A DNA stretch of 61,482 nt, the filler included, from Sphacelaria rigidula (Eukaryota): the NCBI GenBank assembly GCA_964200075.2. It is 4 parts of 4 records of this genome, joined end to end, with 100 filler letters (N's around TTAATTAATTAA, not from the genome) between each part and the next. Parts side by side here need not be neighbours in the genome. Positions count along the whole stretch, not along the records: positions 1 to 15,300 come from CAXNAA020001812.1; 3 more parts are not named here. One strand, written 5' to 3'. The notes beneath the pieces are model-generated. The model did not search any database, was not told the origin of the DNA, and saw only the letters and a program-made list of their open reading frames with translations. Positions 1-13,400 of this stretch are shown piece after piece. Each line of letters starts with the position of its first letter. The first letter of the stretch is position 1. The position numbers and the translations under genes were made by a program.

Positions 1-623
1 GAAGAGCGACCATGTCGTGGGTAAAAAAAATTAGACGTAACGGTCGACGAGGGAAAGGGACAGCTGAACTCCTCTCGCGATAAAAAAATAAAGGCAAGCA
101 ACGCAGAAGGAAGGTGGGGCATTAAAAACTAATAAAAAAGAAAAAGCTCCAGTGTTGACCTTTCTCCTGTATGACCCCGGCTGGTGCGCCCACATATTTC
201 GAAAGGTGTAGGCCGGCGCCCATAATTGATGAGACGATAACACTGTCCGCCTGCTCGTGGAGGTCACTATGATATCAAATTCGTTTCTATCGGATCAACC
301 GTGCCTTATGAATCTAGTGGGGAATAAGAACTTGATGATGACCCTGAACCAGCCTGTACGGAGGCCGGCATCTCGCTCAGTCGTTCCGGTTTTGCGAATT
401 GGATAGGTCCGTCCATCATTGTGTGACACTTTATTGGTCTACTCCGCGATTCATAACAAACGCATATATTGCCCTTTTGGTTCATTCTCAGGACGCAGAG
501 TTTGAGGCTGTGATAGGGGCATTTGTGTCAAAACTGTAGCCAAAAGATGGTGCACCATCTTATATGAAAAATCGCCCCTGGGCTTCTCACCGTACGCAAA
601 TGATTGTTGTTTCTAACCTGCAG

Positions 624-3600
624 GAGATGATGACACCCGCTCAGATACGAAGCCTTGTGCACTTCCAGCAATCCATCGTGGGGTTTCTGCGCGTTAAGGT
701 CAGGAAAACCTGTGCTCGGAAGTTAGAGCTGTTCGTGTGCCGAATGAAGAAGATATTCTCGTCGTTCGTCGCATGCATCGAACGCGCGAAAATCGGAGGC
801 GTAGTGGTCGCGTCAACTTCTGCTGGTGAGCTCGCCTCGGCCGTTGCACAAGCCTTGATGGTAACGACTCCCCACGTGAGCAAGGAGGAAGCTACTCGGC
901 GAGCGACAGCTACGGTTGTCGTTGTCCCCAATTGCCGGCTACTCCGCCCGTTCTCGTACGTGTCGATGTCGGACTGGCCATTTCTTCGTGAAGAGGCCAG
1001 AACTGATGGAATTTTCACGACGAGATCGCTCGCTGCTGGCGGATCAGTGAGTAGCAGGTACTCTCCTGCCTTGGGTTTGTTTCAAGGCACGCACGTACGG
1101 AGATGCAAGATTCGGCGAAGAGGCGTATCAATATGTTGTCCCCGAAGAGCTGTGTCGACAGAAGCCAGCTTCGCGAGAATCCAGTCGCGCGAGCAGTTGT
1201 GGGTTTTTCGCCCGGAAGATGCCAGCATGCTTGCTCGCGTTCTGTGTGCTATGCGCGATGGCCGATCGGGCAGGCCGCCCGTGCCGAATATCTTGGAGCG
1301 GCACATGCTCCGATGTGCAGCGGCCACGCGAGTGCAGGCAGCATGGCGAGGCCATGTTTGTCGGTGGAATTTACTTGCGCCTCTGACCTCGTGTATGATG
1401 GTGTCACGGGCGGTTATTTGTTTGCAGCGATGGTGGCGGTACTTGAGGGGGCTAGCTCGACGCCTGCGCTTGTGTCGGCGGCTTTGGGCTCTTGCCGCCG
1501 CCATATATCGTCCCGTTCTGTACATGGAACACGACGTGTATTGCACTCTCACTCGTGGATGGCTCTCCTCGACCTGCAGCGACCACGGTATTCAGCTTGC
1601 GCTTCATCGCGACGGTACCGTGGGGGTGGTACAGGAACCGATGGAAGCTGAGACTAGGCGAGCGTTGACTGACGAAGCGAACCGTCCCGGCACTTTGGCA
1701 AGCCGGGCTACGCCTCGACAACTCCCACTGTGGGTATATGGAGATACCATCCCGTATGCATCGGAGGAGACGAAAAAGGAAGTCGTTCGCCAAGTGGGTT
1801 CACTTCTTACTGAAGGCGTTGAGGTAAAGCGTGTCGTGTGGCCGGTACCCGCAGAATCAAATAGTTGTGTTCCAGCGGAGAAGGTTGGACACGATCGCGG
1901 AGCGAATCATGATAGTGTTACGACCGGTGCTGAGGACACGCAGTCATGCAACAGTTATATCGAAAAATTGGAATTCTCAAGTGCCGGGACTTGCCTTGGA
2001 AGCGAGGCAATCGCCACGTGCCAGATCCACGGTCTGCAATCGGATTCCCAGAAATCTACCGGCGGCCGTTCGACGCTGCAGTCTGTGGACCTGCGCAAAA
2101 GCCACGGGTGTGTGGATATGGTACAACTGACCTTTGCGAGTGCGCAAGAAGCTAGGGCGCGCGCACTGCTGGTGGCTTTCGCAACGGAAGAGTTTGGCTT
2201 TGTCTCAAACCAGCCCATTGCTCAGTTAATGACTTTTGAGATGCTTCAAAAAGCGGCGGCGGGCAAGCCTGGGCAGTCGACCCCGATTCTCTTGGCACCT
2301 GCTCACGGCTATGAGTGCGGCGACAACGTGGAGATATCAATGCTACGCTTGTCGGAGGGATTCGGAGGGAGCTGGTATCCAGGGGTGATCAATCGCGACA
2401 ACGGCGACGGCAAATTTAAGGTGAAGCTCAATGGCTTGCATGCATTTCATCGTTGTGCGGGTGGATCTGAAAAGATCCGTACGTGTTGGACGTTTCCTCG
2501 TACCTCTCTCCTTTTCTCGGAGCGTTAAGCTTTACGAGATGAAGTATCACCGGCGAGAAGAACTAGATTAATTGTAAACCACGACTGGAGCATTCAAAAC
2601 TCTCTTACTTCCTGTCTAGGGAGTTTCTTCTTTGCTTGTGGTCCCTGTCGCTCATACGGTCGTCTTTAGCCATCGCTTGTTGCTTGGGTCTCGGTATTGG
2701 GCAAGACAACGACGGTTTTGTACCCCCTCTTCGGAAATTCGCCTCATCCATTATTTTGTTTTTGATTCTTCTTGGATTGATTATCATCGTCTGTAATGGC
2801 ATGTTCATGTAAACCAAATCGTGACCTATTTTTCGAATCCTGGACCAAACATCCTAATTTTCTGCAGTTTTGACCCGATCGATTGGCTATTCAGCTAAGC
2901 GCACCCTAAATGAGAGCCGAAGCCCTTACTCGTAGGAACGGTATGTCGCGTCTAGTCTTCCAATCCGATGACCTGCGGCCAAGCTGTAGAGTTCTGCAAG
3001 GTGTTCATGGCGTGCAGGTGAAAAAGAAAGCACCGATTTGGTCAGTTTGCCGATTTTTGTAAGAGATTGCTGTAGCTTCGCCGGATGTTGTCGGGTCGAG
3101 AGTGATGCTACCGTAGGGGTTGCACTTTTTTTAGTGAAAAGGTTTTTTGGGGCTGCTCGGGGTGTTGGACGGTTCATTCTGAAAATCGGCATCGTTTTTA
3201 CTTGAAGACGACCGAAAGTGATGCCGATTCACGAAATGGTCCCTGCGTGCAAACACCATATTTCTGGGAGTCCGGTCTCCGGAGATTTAGGTTGCACAGT
3301 AAGCCCCATATATCTGGGCTCCTACAAAAAAGAGACCCAGAAACAAAAAGCGCAACCCCTACGGTAGCATTGATCTTGACGAAGTAGACACATTCTTACC
3401 ACGAGTGAGGGCTTCAACCTTCGTTCGGGGTGCATCGGCTGTACATTCCGTTATTTGGGTAGACGTTTAATCTGAAAATTCGTCCACGACCTGAAAAAAA
3501 GGATTGTGATCTGGTCTACACAAATATGTTGTTTTGGGCGATTACTTTGAGTATTCGCTGCTACATTACTTTGGGCCATCGCTGTTGCATGATTCTCAAT

Positions 3601-6600
3601 GATTGGAGAGAAAGAAACGACTATGCCCGTTAGTGGTTAAAAGAGTTGTTGACTGTTCATACATAATATTTTTACTATTTCTCTGTATATTTCGCCGTCA
3701 ATGGCGAATCATTTTGCGCCTACCTTTGTTTGGGGTAACTCTCAATGTTGTTAGTCACTACCGTGGTACGGATCTGGGGTTCATCTGCGCCATTTCCTGG
3801 AAATACATATGGACGATACACGTGTAGCAGTCTCCCACACGTTAGTATGGCCATACACTCTAAAGCTCGTGCTTGGCAGATACGCCGCTAAATGGGGGAA
3901 GGTATAGGCTGAGATTTTCACGCGTAATGATTGCAAAATACGGTTCAACCCCTCCCTGAATCGTGCGCTCGCAGGTTATTCTGGACAATGGAGGAGTGGA
4001 ATCAAGTGTGCCAATGACCTGCCTCCGCCCCTTCGACCGCACGGGAAAAGAGTATGCACTAGTCGAGATTAGTAACCTCCCTTCAAAATGGCAATGTTCG
4101 GCGAGGAACAACCTAACGCCGTCTCAACGTGTAGAATCAGAGCTTCTGCGTCGCACGCTACCGCTCACGACGCCAACTACTTCTTCACTCACTGTAACCC
4201 CACGAGCACCTACTCACGCACATCTATCCTCCGATGAAGACGGCAATTCACGGGGGGTGTTTGCGGGAGATCTGGATCGGCTTCCGGTCCGCGACGTCCA
4301 TAAATATGACCCAGAAGCTAGACCCCTTTCTCAGGGGGAACCCCTGGGACCAAATCCGTCGCAACTGCATCCGTCGATACCGCGCTGGGAAGGATCTACG
4401 AACCTATCGACAACCCGAAATGGCGCTGTAGCGGCCGGTGGCGTTGGCGAAGTGGCGAGAGCTGTCGCAGTGAGGGATAGGTTCACAACGGCGTCCACTT
4501 GGGTACCGGGTAACCGCTTTAGGCGCGACCTCGAAAAGCTCGTGTCTTTGGCTGCGCAAGAGGCGCAAGACGCCGTGGTACGAGAGAGCCTTGAACTCAA
4601 ACGACAGGCTGTCGTGTTGGCAAAGGGTGGAGGGACGAACCAGGACGATCTTACGCCAAGACAGCGTCTGGAGCGCGTAAAAGCTGCAGAGATCGCGATT
4701 TTCCGGCGCGAGGTTGCCGAGCAAAGAGAGATAACTGCGGCCGAAAACGCAGCCAATCGGCGTGCACGTTCGAACGCTGTGCTGGAAGCTCGAGAACATG
4801 AGCGAGATGGCGCGGAGACAGCTCGGTTAGGGATGCAGGTCATGCGTGCAAACCAAGTTGCAGATATTAGGCGCCGGGAAGAAGAGGTGGGGGAAGAGCG
4901 AGAGCGAGAGCGAGCAAGGAGGCAAGGGGATGTGGAAATGGCGAAGTACCGGGAGCGACGGAGACGTACAGCCCGTACAAGACAAATGGCCACCCGAGAC
5001 GCGAGCAATGCGTTCACGGCAAATGCATCTGAGCTGATACGGCACGTGCGGAAGCATACATCTGCCTGCTATAAGACACAGGTGTCGGAAGGAATGAAGC
5101 AGTGGGTGAAAGGCCAGAAGAAGCACAAGGACGAAATGCGTCGGAGCTTGTTGCAGCGTGTGAAGGAGCTGCAAAAGCGGAAGAGGTGATCCTTCGACGC
5201 TGAATCCGTGCCGCGAGGAACATAAGTTTTGGCGGTTCTTTCTGGGTTACCTATAGTCTTGTTGCCTGCTATGTTGCTGTGAAGCGCCTATGATATATAT
5301 GTATATATATATATATATGTATCCCCTCCCCGTGCGCTGGTAGGTCCAGTATGTACATCACTCCACGCGGGCGTTCAACCAATTTTCTTGTAGTGCGTAG
5401 AAGCATCTACTATCAGATGACCGCATGCTACACTACAATCGAGAAGAAAGAACGTGTTGAACTCCAGTAAAAAAAGTGCCAAGACGAGGAAACTGCGCTC
5501 ATGCACGTAGCAACAGCTCACCGCAACCAGTGCTGGCTACAATGGACCTTCGTTTATACTCACGCTGTCAGGGGTATGTTTTTAGCGCCCACCCCCTGTT
5601 ATATGGAAAAATATTTTATATTATATTGCGTACTGTAGATTATAGTGTGTTCTATAGAGTATACTCCTGAAATATCTCATGTTATACATCAATTGTATCA
5701 GGCAGCCAAACATATATCAATGTAACAGGTTATGAAACATCGACCCCCACCGGTCGACCAAACGAGCACCCGGATACAGCCCGCGCACCAAGAGATGACT
5801 GCCAGACGAGCGCCACCTTTGCCAGATGTCATGGTTGATCTCAGTTGAATACTGTGAGCTATGCTTGCCCCATAATTTTCAGCAAAAGTTTCAGGGCATG
5901 GTTTCCTTTGCCATGGTATAGTGACGCACCTAGGTTCAGTGAACAGCGCGGAGCGTGGTGAGTTCAGCAATCGACGCCCCTAGCTCGAGGGACCGGTAGG
6001 CAAGAACGAATAGAAACGCCTTTTGTCCCGAGCCCTCGCAGATATCAATCAAAGTGCTCACAGCACCTTTTCCCCGCACGCATGCACGCGTGCCTCAACA
6101 ACCAGTAGGCTAGAAGCCGTGAAGCAGCGGAAGGTACTCACTGCCCGCAGTAAGATGAGAGTGGCGATGGACGAAGCGATGTTGCGCCACAGGATCGGCG
6201 ACTCGGTGCGGTCGACGGACAAACTGGGACACGATATCATGCAGGTTTTGAGACCGTCCACTGCTCGCGCTGGGTTTCAGAGACGTAGTGACGATCCCGA
6301 GACTGTCACAAATGGAGGGGAGCATGCTTCCCAATCTCCAGATGATTACCGTAACGATACGGGATGGAATCTAGTCGACGGACTCTCGAGATCAGAACAG
6401 CCGCCAGCCGCCAGCGGTGGGACTGCCACCAATGTTCACGTCGACGGCGCCGGGGGGCACAGTGATGATGGCACTCCTAAGACTGCAGCTGAGTGCATCC
6501 CGACCAGACCAAATGGATCTAAGCGATCGTGTTCTCCGCCGCAACAGACAAGCCGATACCTGCGTCGCGCTGATGGCACTACCGGAAAGACCGTTGTTGT

Positions 6601-6808
6601 GCTTGCTAGCGTACCGACGGCAACATCGGCGTCACCTACGAAATTGACGAGAGGGGCATCTCGCGCGCTGTTTGGATCGAAGAGCAGTAATTCTATGGCA
6701 TCCATAAAGCACCAGCCTCGTGGGGTCGGGAGAGAACCGTCGTCCATGAGTACACAGCCGAACACCATGCAGGAATTACCATGGCCAATGGGACGACGGC
6801 GCTGGTGA
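624..6808 (+). CDS. Spliced gene (5' end uncertain): IQ-motif, Agenet/Tudor-like domain and charged coiled-coil protein of unknown function. Exons 624-2420, 3975-5185, 6109-6808
   Basis: Three long ORFs join in frame at canonical GT-AG sites (ctgcag|GAG 624; AAG|gtgaag 2420; cgcag|GTT 3975; AG|gtgatc 5185; agtag|G 6109; TGA 6806-6808). IQ-like motifs AATRVQAAWRGHVCR and AVICLQRWWR. Splicing completes an Agenet/Tudor-like motif: YECGDNVEI...GSWYPGVINRDNGDGKFK|VILDNGGVESSVPMTCLRP. Exon 2 has an E/R-rich helical region. Confidence 0.8.
2901..3433. mobile_element. Degenerate inverted-repeat (MITE/foldback-like) element in intron 1 of the IQ-Tudor gene
   Basis: gcaccctaaatgagagccgaagcccttactcgt (2901-) is an imperfect reverse complement of acgagtgagggcttcaaccttcgttcggggtgc (-3433). 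A nested IR pairs atgctaccgtaggggttgc (~3105) with gcaacccctacggtagcat (~3352). Confidence 0.55.
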
Positions 6809-7689
6809 TCACCCTTGAGTGTGCACTGTATTGTCCGGGGGTTTCAGCGAGGACTCCTTGAGTAGTGTACCGGTAGCAACTGCTGCGGGATGTTATACAC
6901 CTGTTTTGAGTACCAGTATGTCACAGTTGCAATCACAGATCAGTATCATGGAGCAAGATGTATATATGTACAAGATGTATATATTTTGTATCAGCAATTC
7001 ATGTTTGCTTTGCCCCTTTTCTCACCATCCCATCACCCATCATGTGACATGCACGCAAGTTGCGAGATACCGTGCTGTGATGATATTCCATCGACGGAAA
7101 CAACCTCTTCCACCCAAGAGGACAATCGATGGTGTATGTGCTGTACTTTACTGGTCGCAAAGGTGCCAAAACATCCCACCGGTAGCCTGTATGAAAGGCA
7201 CTATCAACTGCAAAGCATCATTGGATACTAACGCGTCTGTCCTGTCCTGTGCTGCGCTTGACGTACTGTAACGATTCGGTCAATCTCTACTCCCTGCTGC
7301 AGATGGGCTAACGTACATGACTCTTGTCTTTGAAAAAAATAAATCATGACCTCACCATCACCTCCTCGTGTTGAAACTACAATAAGCTCCAACTTAGCAA
7401 TGCCTCTACATACCGCAATACTGTACTCTAGTACGCACGGTATTTCGGTCTGGTGATGATATCATATTGCCGTCTCACATTTCTGTGCAAGCTGCGACAG
7501 GCGCACAGGGATGAAATTAAGACGCCGAAAGAGCGCTTGTGGTCAACAACAAATTTGTTGTAGATTGTCGGAGTTTAGCTATAGGAGGGGGGACTTCATA
7601 AAAAGTTACGCGGGACAAGTACTCGAAAAATGAACTGCCGGGCAGAAGCAGTAGGAAACGAACGCCCACGAACTTCCCCTGCAATCACC

Positions 7690-8075
7690 ATTTTCGTGAA
7701 ATTAGAAACTGTTTTTTACCACGGAACGTAAGGTTTTTCGTGATCTACACCAAGACGGTCGAATCATCCGAAACGGCGGTCACCTCCCATGAAAGCCCGT
7801 GACCTGACAGGAATTTCGGTGCAAAAAAACCAAACATCAGCGTGGTCAGTGCAGTTATGAGAGAACTTGTGTCGAAAAAAGAAGAAAAAAACACGTTGTC
7901 AGCCGTATCTCATGGAAGGTGTTACGGAGTTTAAATCTGATTGCGCCAAAATTCCCGTCAGATCACGGGCTTTCAGGGGGGCGACGGCCGTTTCGGACGA
8001 TTCGGTCATCTCGGTGTAGATCACGAAAAACCTTGCGTTCCGGAGTAAAAAACAGTTCTTGATCTCACGAACATG
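7690..8075. mobile_element. Foldback/MITE-like element with ~135-bp imperfect inverted arms
   Basis: Left arm ~7690-7826 (tcgtgaaattagaaactgttttttaccacggaacgtaaggtttttcgtgatctacacc...) is the reverse complement of right arm ~7941-8075 (...ggtgtagatcacgaaaaaccttgcgttccggagtaaaaaacagttcttgatctcacga). No coding capacity. Confidence 0.75.
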
Positions 8076-9561
8076 TTTTTCATTCCCCCCAAATTCCCCA
8101 ATACTAGCGAAATGTCTAGGGCTTCGCTACTTGTTTATCTGTTAAACATACAATCCGGGCCGGGATGAAAACAGGAAGATCAGGTTTGATCTGAATTGAA
8201 GAGTAAGAAGAGTTGCAGAATTAAGAGCGGGCCGCCGCGGTCCAGTTATTTCATGGATACAGCAGATGGCACTAAGTTGCACTGATCGATTGAGTGTCGC
8301 ACACCAACTGACCCCGAGAGATCCAGCCGTGGCCACATGATAGTCGTAGCCAAGATAAACAAAACAGAAACATCAGCATTTGGTCGAAATAATTCGGTTT
8401 CGATTTCCGCAGTTGCAACTGGGCTTTTTTTTTACATCTGATTTCCGTCGTTGAAACCTGAGGACGCGCCGCGATTTTGAGTGAAGCATGCATCTTTACA
8501 AAGTCCACACGGTTGTACAATTATACTCCAGCTCGAGGGTTACCTCCACGTGTGCGTGAGTAGCAAAGGGTGGTTGTTTAAACCAAAGAGGCGATGCGGA
8601 ACGCGAGTGCTGATCGAGTTCATGATACCAAACAGCAAGCCATGCACCGGGGGAGAGGTGGGTTGATCCGTTCAAATCACGGACAGAGTCGTCCCGAGCA
8701 AGGAGAGGGGATAAAAGTATACATACAAGGAACAAGAGAGCTCGAACTTCGCGACAACTCAGAATATTGACAAAGCACCCAAAGGAAGAGACAGCCACAA
8801 ACTGGATGTAGGCAACTGAGAGACACGGTGCTGCGACACGCCAGGTATAATAAAAATGGGCGACGTGCTTGTAACAGGTTGCCAGCAGTCCGTTGAGACA
8901 CATACAAGTAAAGGTTGAAAATTGCCTAATCGAACCGGCAGTTGTTGCTCCGCTTTTTCGTTTATGTACTCCGCACTGATTCGTGCAAAGATTTAAGATA
9001 CAGTCGGCAATATCCGTATTTCCAAAAGCTGCAGCCATCGCATCTTTATTTAGATATATGGAGCGCCTGATGCTTAAGCATTGTCTAAATGGGCTGTGCA
9101 ACGGCCATCTACCAGTATGTAGGAATATACAGCATCCGACAGTAGTCCCTGCAAGGACGGACATGTACAGGGGCGAAACCACAGTCACAAACAGCCATCC
9201 CACACAGGGAGGATGGGCAGAGCCAACGAATGTGCGTACACACCCATAGCACCCGGAAACATCGCCAAAGTACTCAGACATGCGCGGGCATCGCTGAAAG
9301 ATCCTTCGCGACCGTTCACCCCTACCGAACGTGAGTGTGTATCTTACCCATGAGGCCGACGTCTTGAAGCAAAAGGCCGTGTAAAGTGGCGTTAATGGCT
9401 TACACACAGCAGCATGTTGACACATCAAGGTGGAACAAGAGCTATGTGCGCTTGAGTGGCCTCGTGCTTTTTCATCATTCAAATTCAAAATATCCAGGTC
9501 AGAAGTTGACGCTATGAGTCACGAATCGATCGCTTCCTGTGGCTTCTGGCTGACGTCTCAC

Positions 9562-10034
9562 CAAGGGTCTGCCGGGAGAAACATTTTGGACACATAGCAC
9601 CCCCCCCCTCTCCCCCCCCCTCCCGGGGGGCATTTTTTTTTTAATTATCATTAATTTCGTGATTTTTTTGTCAGATATAGATGAAAAGGGGAAAAGTCTG
9701 GTGGGCTTCGCATGCGATGTTTGTGCATTTGCTGCTGCTTCTTGTCCGCTCTGTCCCGATGACCTCGGATGCCGGCCGCGCTCACACACATGTATACACA
9801 CGAGAGCACGGTAGCGACAGCCTGTAGCCAACGTAGCAACATTATCTCACGCCTTGCCGACGAGTGGGACAACGGTCGCTCCAGAAGATACATCGGGGCC
9901 TTCGCTGGTAGAAGGAGCCGCTAAATATGAACTTGGGTGGGGTGGCGTGTCCGCCATCTCAGCGGTCTCCATGCCAACGATATGCGTACACAGCAGCTGA
10001 CCGCATTCTCCAACGCCTGAGGATGACAGGCTCG

Positions 10035-10073
<39 letters not shown>

Positions 10074-10309
10074 TCACTCTCTTGGGTCCTTCCCCTCCCC
10101 CCCTTTTTCTCTCCCCCCCTTTTTCTTTTTCAACCAAAAACACCACACNNNNNNNNNNGCCAACGATATGCGTACCCAGCCGCTCACCGCATTCTCCAAC
10201 GCCTGAGGATGACAGGCTCGGTGCCCCCCCCCCCCCCTCCCTCCCTCGAAACTCAATTTTTCGATCTTGGGGCCTAAGTGTCCAGAACTTTTTTCCCGGC
10301 AGACCCTTG
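9562..10309. mobile_element. Non-autonomous DNA transposon, probably P superfamily (CAAGG...CCTTG ends, ~7-bp TSD)
   Basis: TIRs CAAGGGTCTGCCGGGAGAAACATTTTGGACAC / GTGTCCAGAACTTTTTTCCCGGCAGACCCTTG. Flanks gtctcac / ttctcac (6/7 match). CANRG termini with 7-8-bp TSDs are typical of P-superfamily elements. A related left end occurs at 47914. Contains a 10-N gap. Confidence 0.65.
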
Positions 10310-10442
10310 TTCTCACGATAAACAACAAAGTTCCTACGTCACATGACAGACGATGGCGAAGAAGCACACAGCTCGTTGTACATGCGGCACATCATACACT
10401 ATCTGAGTTACCACGCTGGTTGTGCCGTAATTCGAAATCAAG

Positions 10443-13400
10443 ATGGATGATGGTACCCTTCTTCGTGTTTCAGGCCTGAGGAGCACGAAGTCACTATTTG
10501 GAGACGCAGCGTGTTGGGTGAACAGAACTAGTACGGACGACCCCGCGCGCAGCGAACGCACCCTTGCAAGGGAATCCTTTGATTCAGTGCACGCCGTGAG
10601 CATCCGGCGAGCAACAAAGGGTAGGACTTCCCTGCGCAGGCGCCATCACGAGGTGGCGTTCAAAAGTACCAGTAAGTGGGAAGACTCAATCGTGCTTGGC
10701 GCTCGAGATCAAGGTCGAAGTCGACATGCTGCAGCCCAAAACAGTGGTGGGATAGTTGGCCTGCGATTGTCCGCAGCCGGAGCATGGGACTCAGATCCTT
10801 GCACTCCAATCTCATCTACAGGACGTAAATGCATACCGTCATCTCATACTCATGGCGGCACCTCGTTGGTGACTTCGGCTATCGGCGGTGGCCATGTCAG
10901 TGGCTGCACCACAAAAGCTGAGAAACAGCCCCGGATGTTGAGAGATAGCCGGTCGAGTGGTGGAAATCTTCAGTCTAGCGTTATGCGGCCATCTGCTGAA
11001 GAAAACGACCAAAGACCTCGAGGGGGAAAGGCGAAAAAACCAGACGGCGACTACGGAGGACTTTATTTCTCAGATGATGATCTAGACACAAGTGAGTGGG
11101 ATATTGATTCCGGCGTTGTTATTGACACTCCTCCACACAACAGTGGAACACAGTTGACCCTGGTGAAGAGAGAGTTCGGAAAAACGGAAGGGTCAAGGCT
11201 AAGCGATATCCTAGAAGCCATCAAAATTGAGACCAGAAAAACAGGTTGTGGACGCGTCAGAGCAACGAACTTCGAGATCTCCAGCCGAGCAGATCCAGAC
11301 GGAAGACGCCAAGGCCGAGACGAATCTCCAGATCCGGGGATATCCGAGAGCGAGCGAGAGCGTAATATCAAGTTATCAGAGCTGCTTCATCTTCTATCTT
11401 CTCTTCTAGACCCCACGATAAGAGAAGTGTCAAAGGAAAACGTGTCAGTCAACGGCTATCGACATGTTTTCACTGACCACGCGGTCGAGCAAGATGAGCT
11501 TGATACACGACGGTCGCGTATTCACAAGCCCGCCACAGGAACAACGAAGGAAGCGGAGGTAGTGTCGGATCAGTGCTACTCTCGTGTTGTCGACGTCTTA
11601 CTTGAAGTCATGCAGAGGCCGCGGCGTGCAGTGGATGCATCTCCGCCAAGGATCGCGGAGATGCCCGGGCTGATCGCCGCGAGCATTACTTTGCGATTGA
11701 TCTTACCGTCAATATGGCCAGGTTGCGTCGGCAACGATCCTGTAGGATATGGGGACCACAGAAACGTCACAGGTGGGAATATTAAAACATTTTCGTTATT
11801 GGAAAAGGTATGCAGGTTTGTGTTTGACGCGAGCAGCAGATCAGGAGCCGACGAAGCGTTTTTCGCCTCGGGTGTGGCGAAGGGCTTGTTGACATTCATT
11901 AACCAAGCTACTCCTCGATTCACCGAAACGAGCTCGAAGCTCCAAGAGAACGGGAGGGCTAAATATAGTGACACCTCGGATGGTGCCGTTGTGATTCGAG
12001 GCTGTAGTCAGGACGGCAAAAGCGAGGGACCAACACATGCAAGTGTCTGCGATGCACTCACATTCACCCTCGGGTGTCTGAAAAATATATCGGCTACGAG
12101 GTGTTTGCAGGAACGGCTAGTGCGCGGGGGTGCAGTGTGGTCGCTGTGCGAGCTTATCCGCAGCACGCGTGATGCTTACCGTCGTTTAGATCGTATTTGC
12201 GACGTGAAATCACTGTCGCCGTCAGGTGGCGATGTAGCGCACGTCAAGACCAATATGACCACATGGATGCCGACAAGCAAGCCTACCACCGCCTACTGCA
12301 ACTCTGATTCCGCTGGGACAGACGGGGCACGTAGGACCTCTAGCATCACCACATCGTGGCGAAATCACGTGATCCCTCTCCTGGCTCAGTCGACCGCCTT
12401 GCTTCGGGATCTCGCCGCAGCAAAGGTTAACCATGAAAATTTCCGCACAGCAGGTGCCGTCGGTGTTTTATGCTCCATTCTCCCCCTCTACCGCCACCAC
12501 CCCGAGGTCGTTCTCAACGCTGCGCGCACCATCGCTAAGCTCAGCTTACAGGAAAATATGAGAAGGGAAATGAACGCAGATCCAGGGCACGTTCGTCAGC
12601 TCTTGGGAGCGCTGGTAGAGCAGGGGTGTGACCTCGACAAAAGTTGGGGCGGCCTCGAAAATACTGGCGAGGTTTTGGTCGATAGCGCGACAGTTGAAGC
12701 GCAATGTCGACAATGGGACTCTAACGAGAAGCGTATTGCCGCTTGCGTGCGCCTGGCTTTTGCCCTTGGAAATCTAACCTCCAGCTGCGATGATAATCGT
12801 CAGCTCATTGGTTGTAGCCTTGGTGGTGTGGAAAGTCTTCCAGCTCTTTTGCAGAGCTCCGCCCGAGCTCATCTTGCTGCATGGGATTGCTTGATGTGGG
12901 CGGATAACAGTGATACCCGTGTCTCCGACGACCCTGCTGGAACGTTGGACTGGAGCAGCCGCAGAAGAGAAACTGACATGGTGTTTCAGGAATCCAGACG
13001 ACAAAAGATATGGAGAGCTTGCGACGGTCTAGAGGAAATGTTGGTGAAAATCACCCGGCTTCTTGCTAACATCAGCATCAACCGGGATGTAGGACAGCGC
13101 GTATGTCGGCACTCAGGGCTTACTACTGTCGAACCGCTCCTTGCGAAGTGTCTCGACGTATTTGCACTTGTTGAAGACGGTATATTGTTGCCGTATGGTA
13201 AGCAAAGACTCCAGAGTGCACGATATAGGAGTGACTGGAATCGCGGCAGGGTCGAAACAGAGCATGCAGAACAATTCACCCCCGGAGAGGAGCTGCTGTT
13301 AAATATTGTCAGTCTTGTCACAAACCTGTCTTTTTACGGGCCAGAGCCTGGTAACTTGACTGCAGCTAGTACAGATGGCGTCGATGAGGTGTCGGTCAGA

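Noticed and set aside
492..549. Possible upstream exon of the IQ-Tudor gene
   Set aside because: Splice-like sites exist, but the joining frame has a TGA at 511-513, so I could not build a reliable model.
8496..9488. 330-aa minus-strand ORF
   Set aside because: Non-ATG start, Cys/His-rich random-looking composition, no recognisable motif.
9971..10240. Direct duplication around a 10-N gap (similar at 26455-26700)
   Set aside because: Near-identical sequence on both sides of a gap next to poly-C is typical of unmerged contig overlaps, so likely an assembly artefact.
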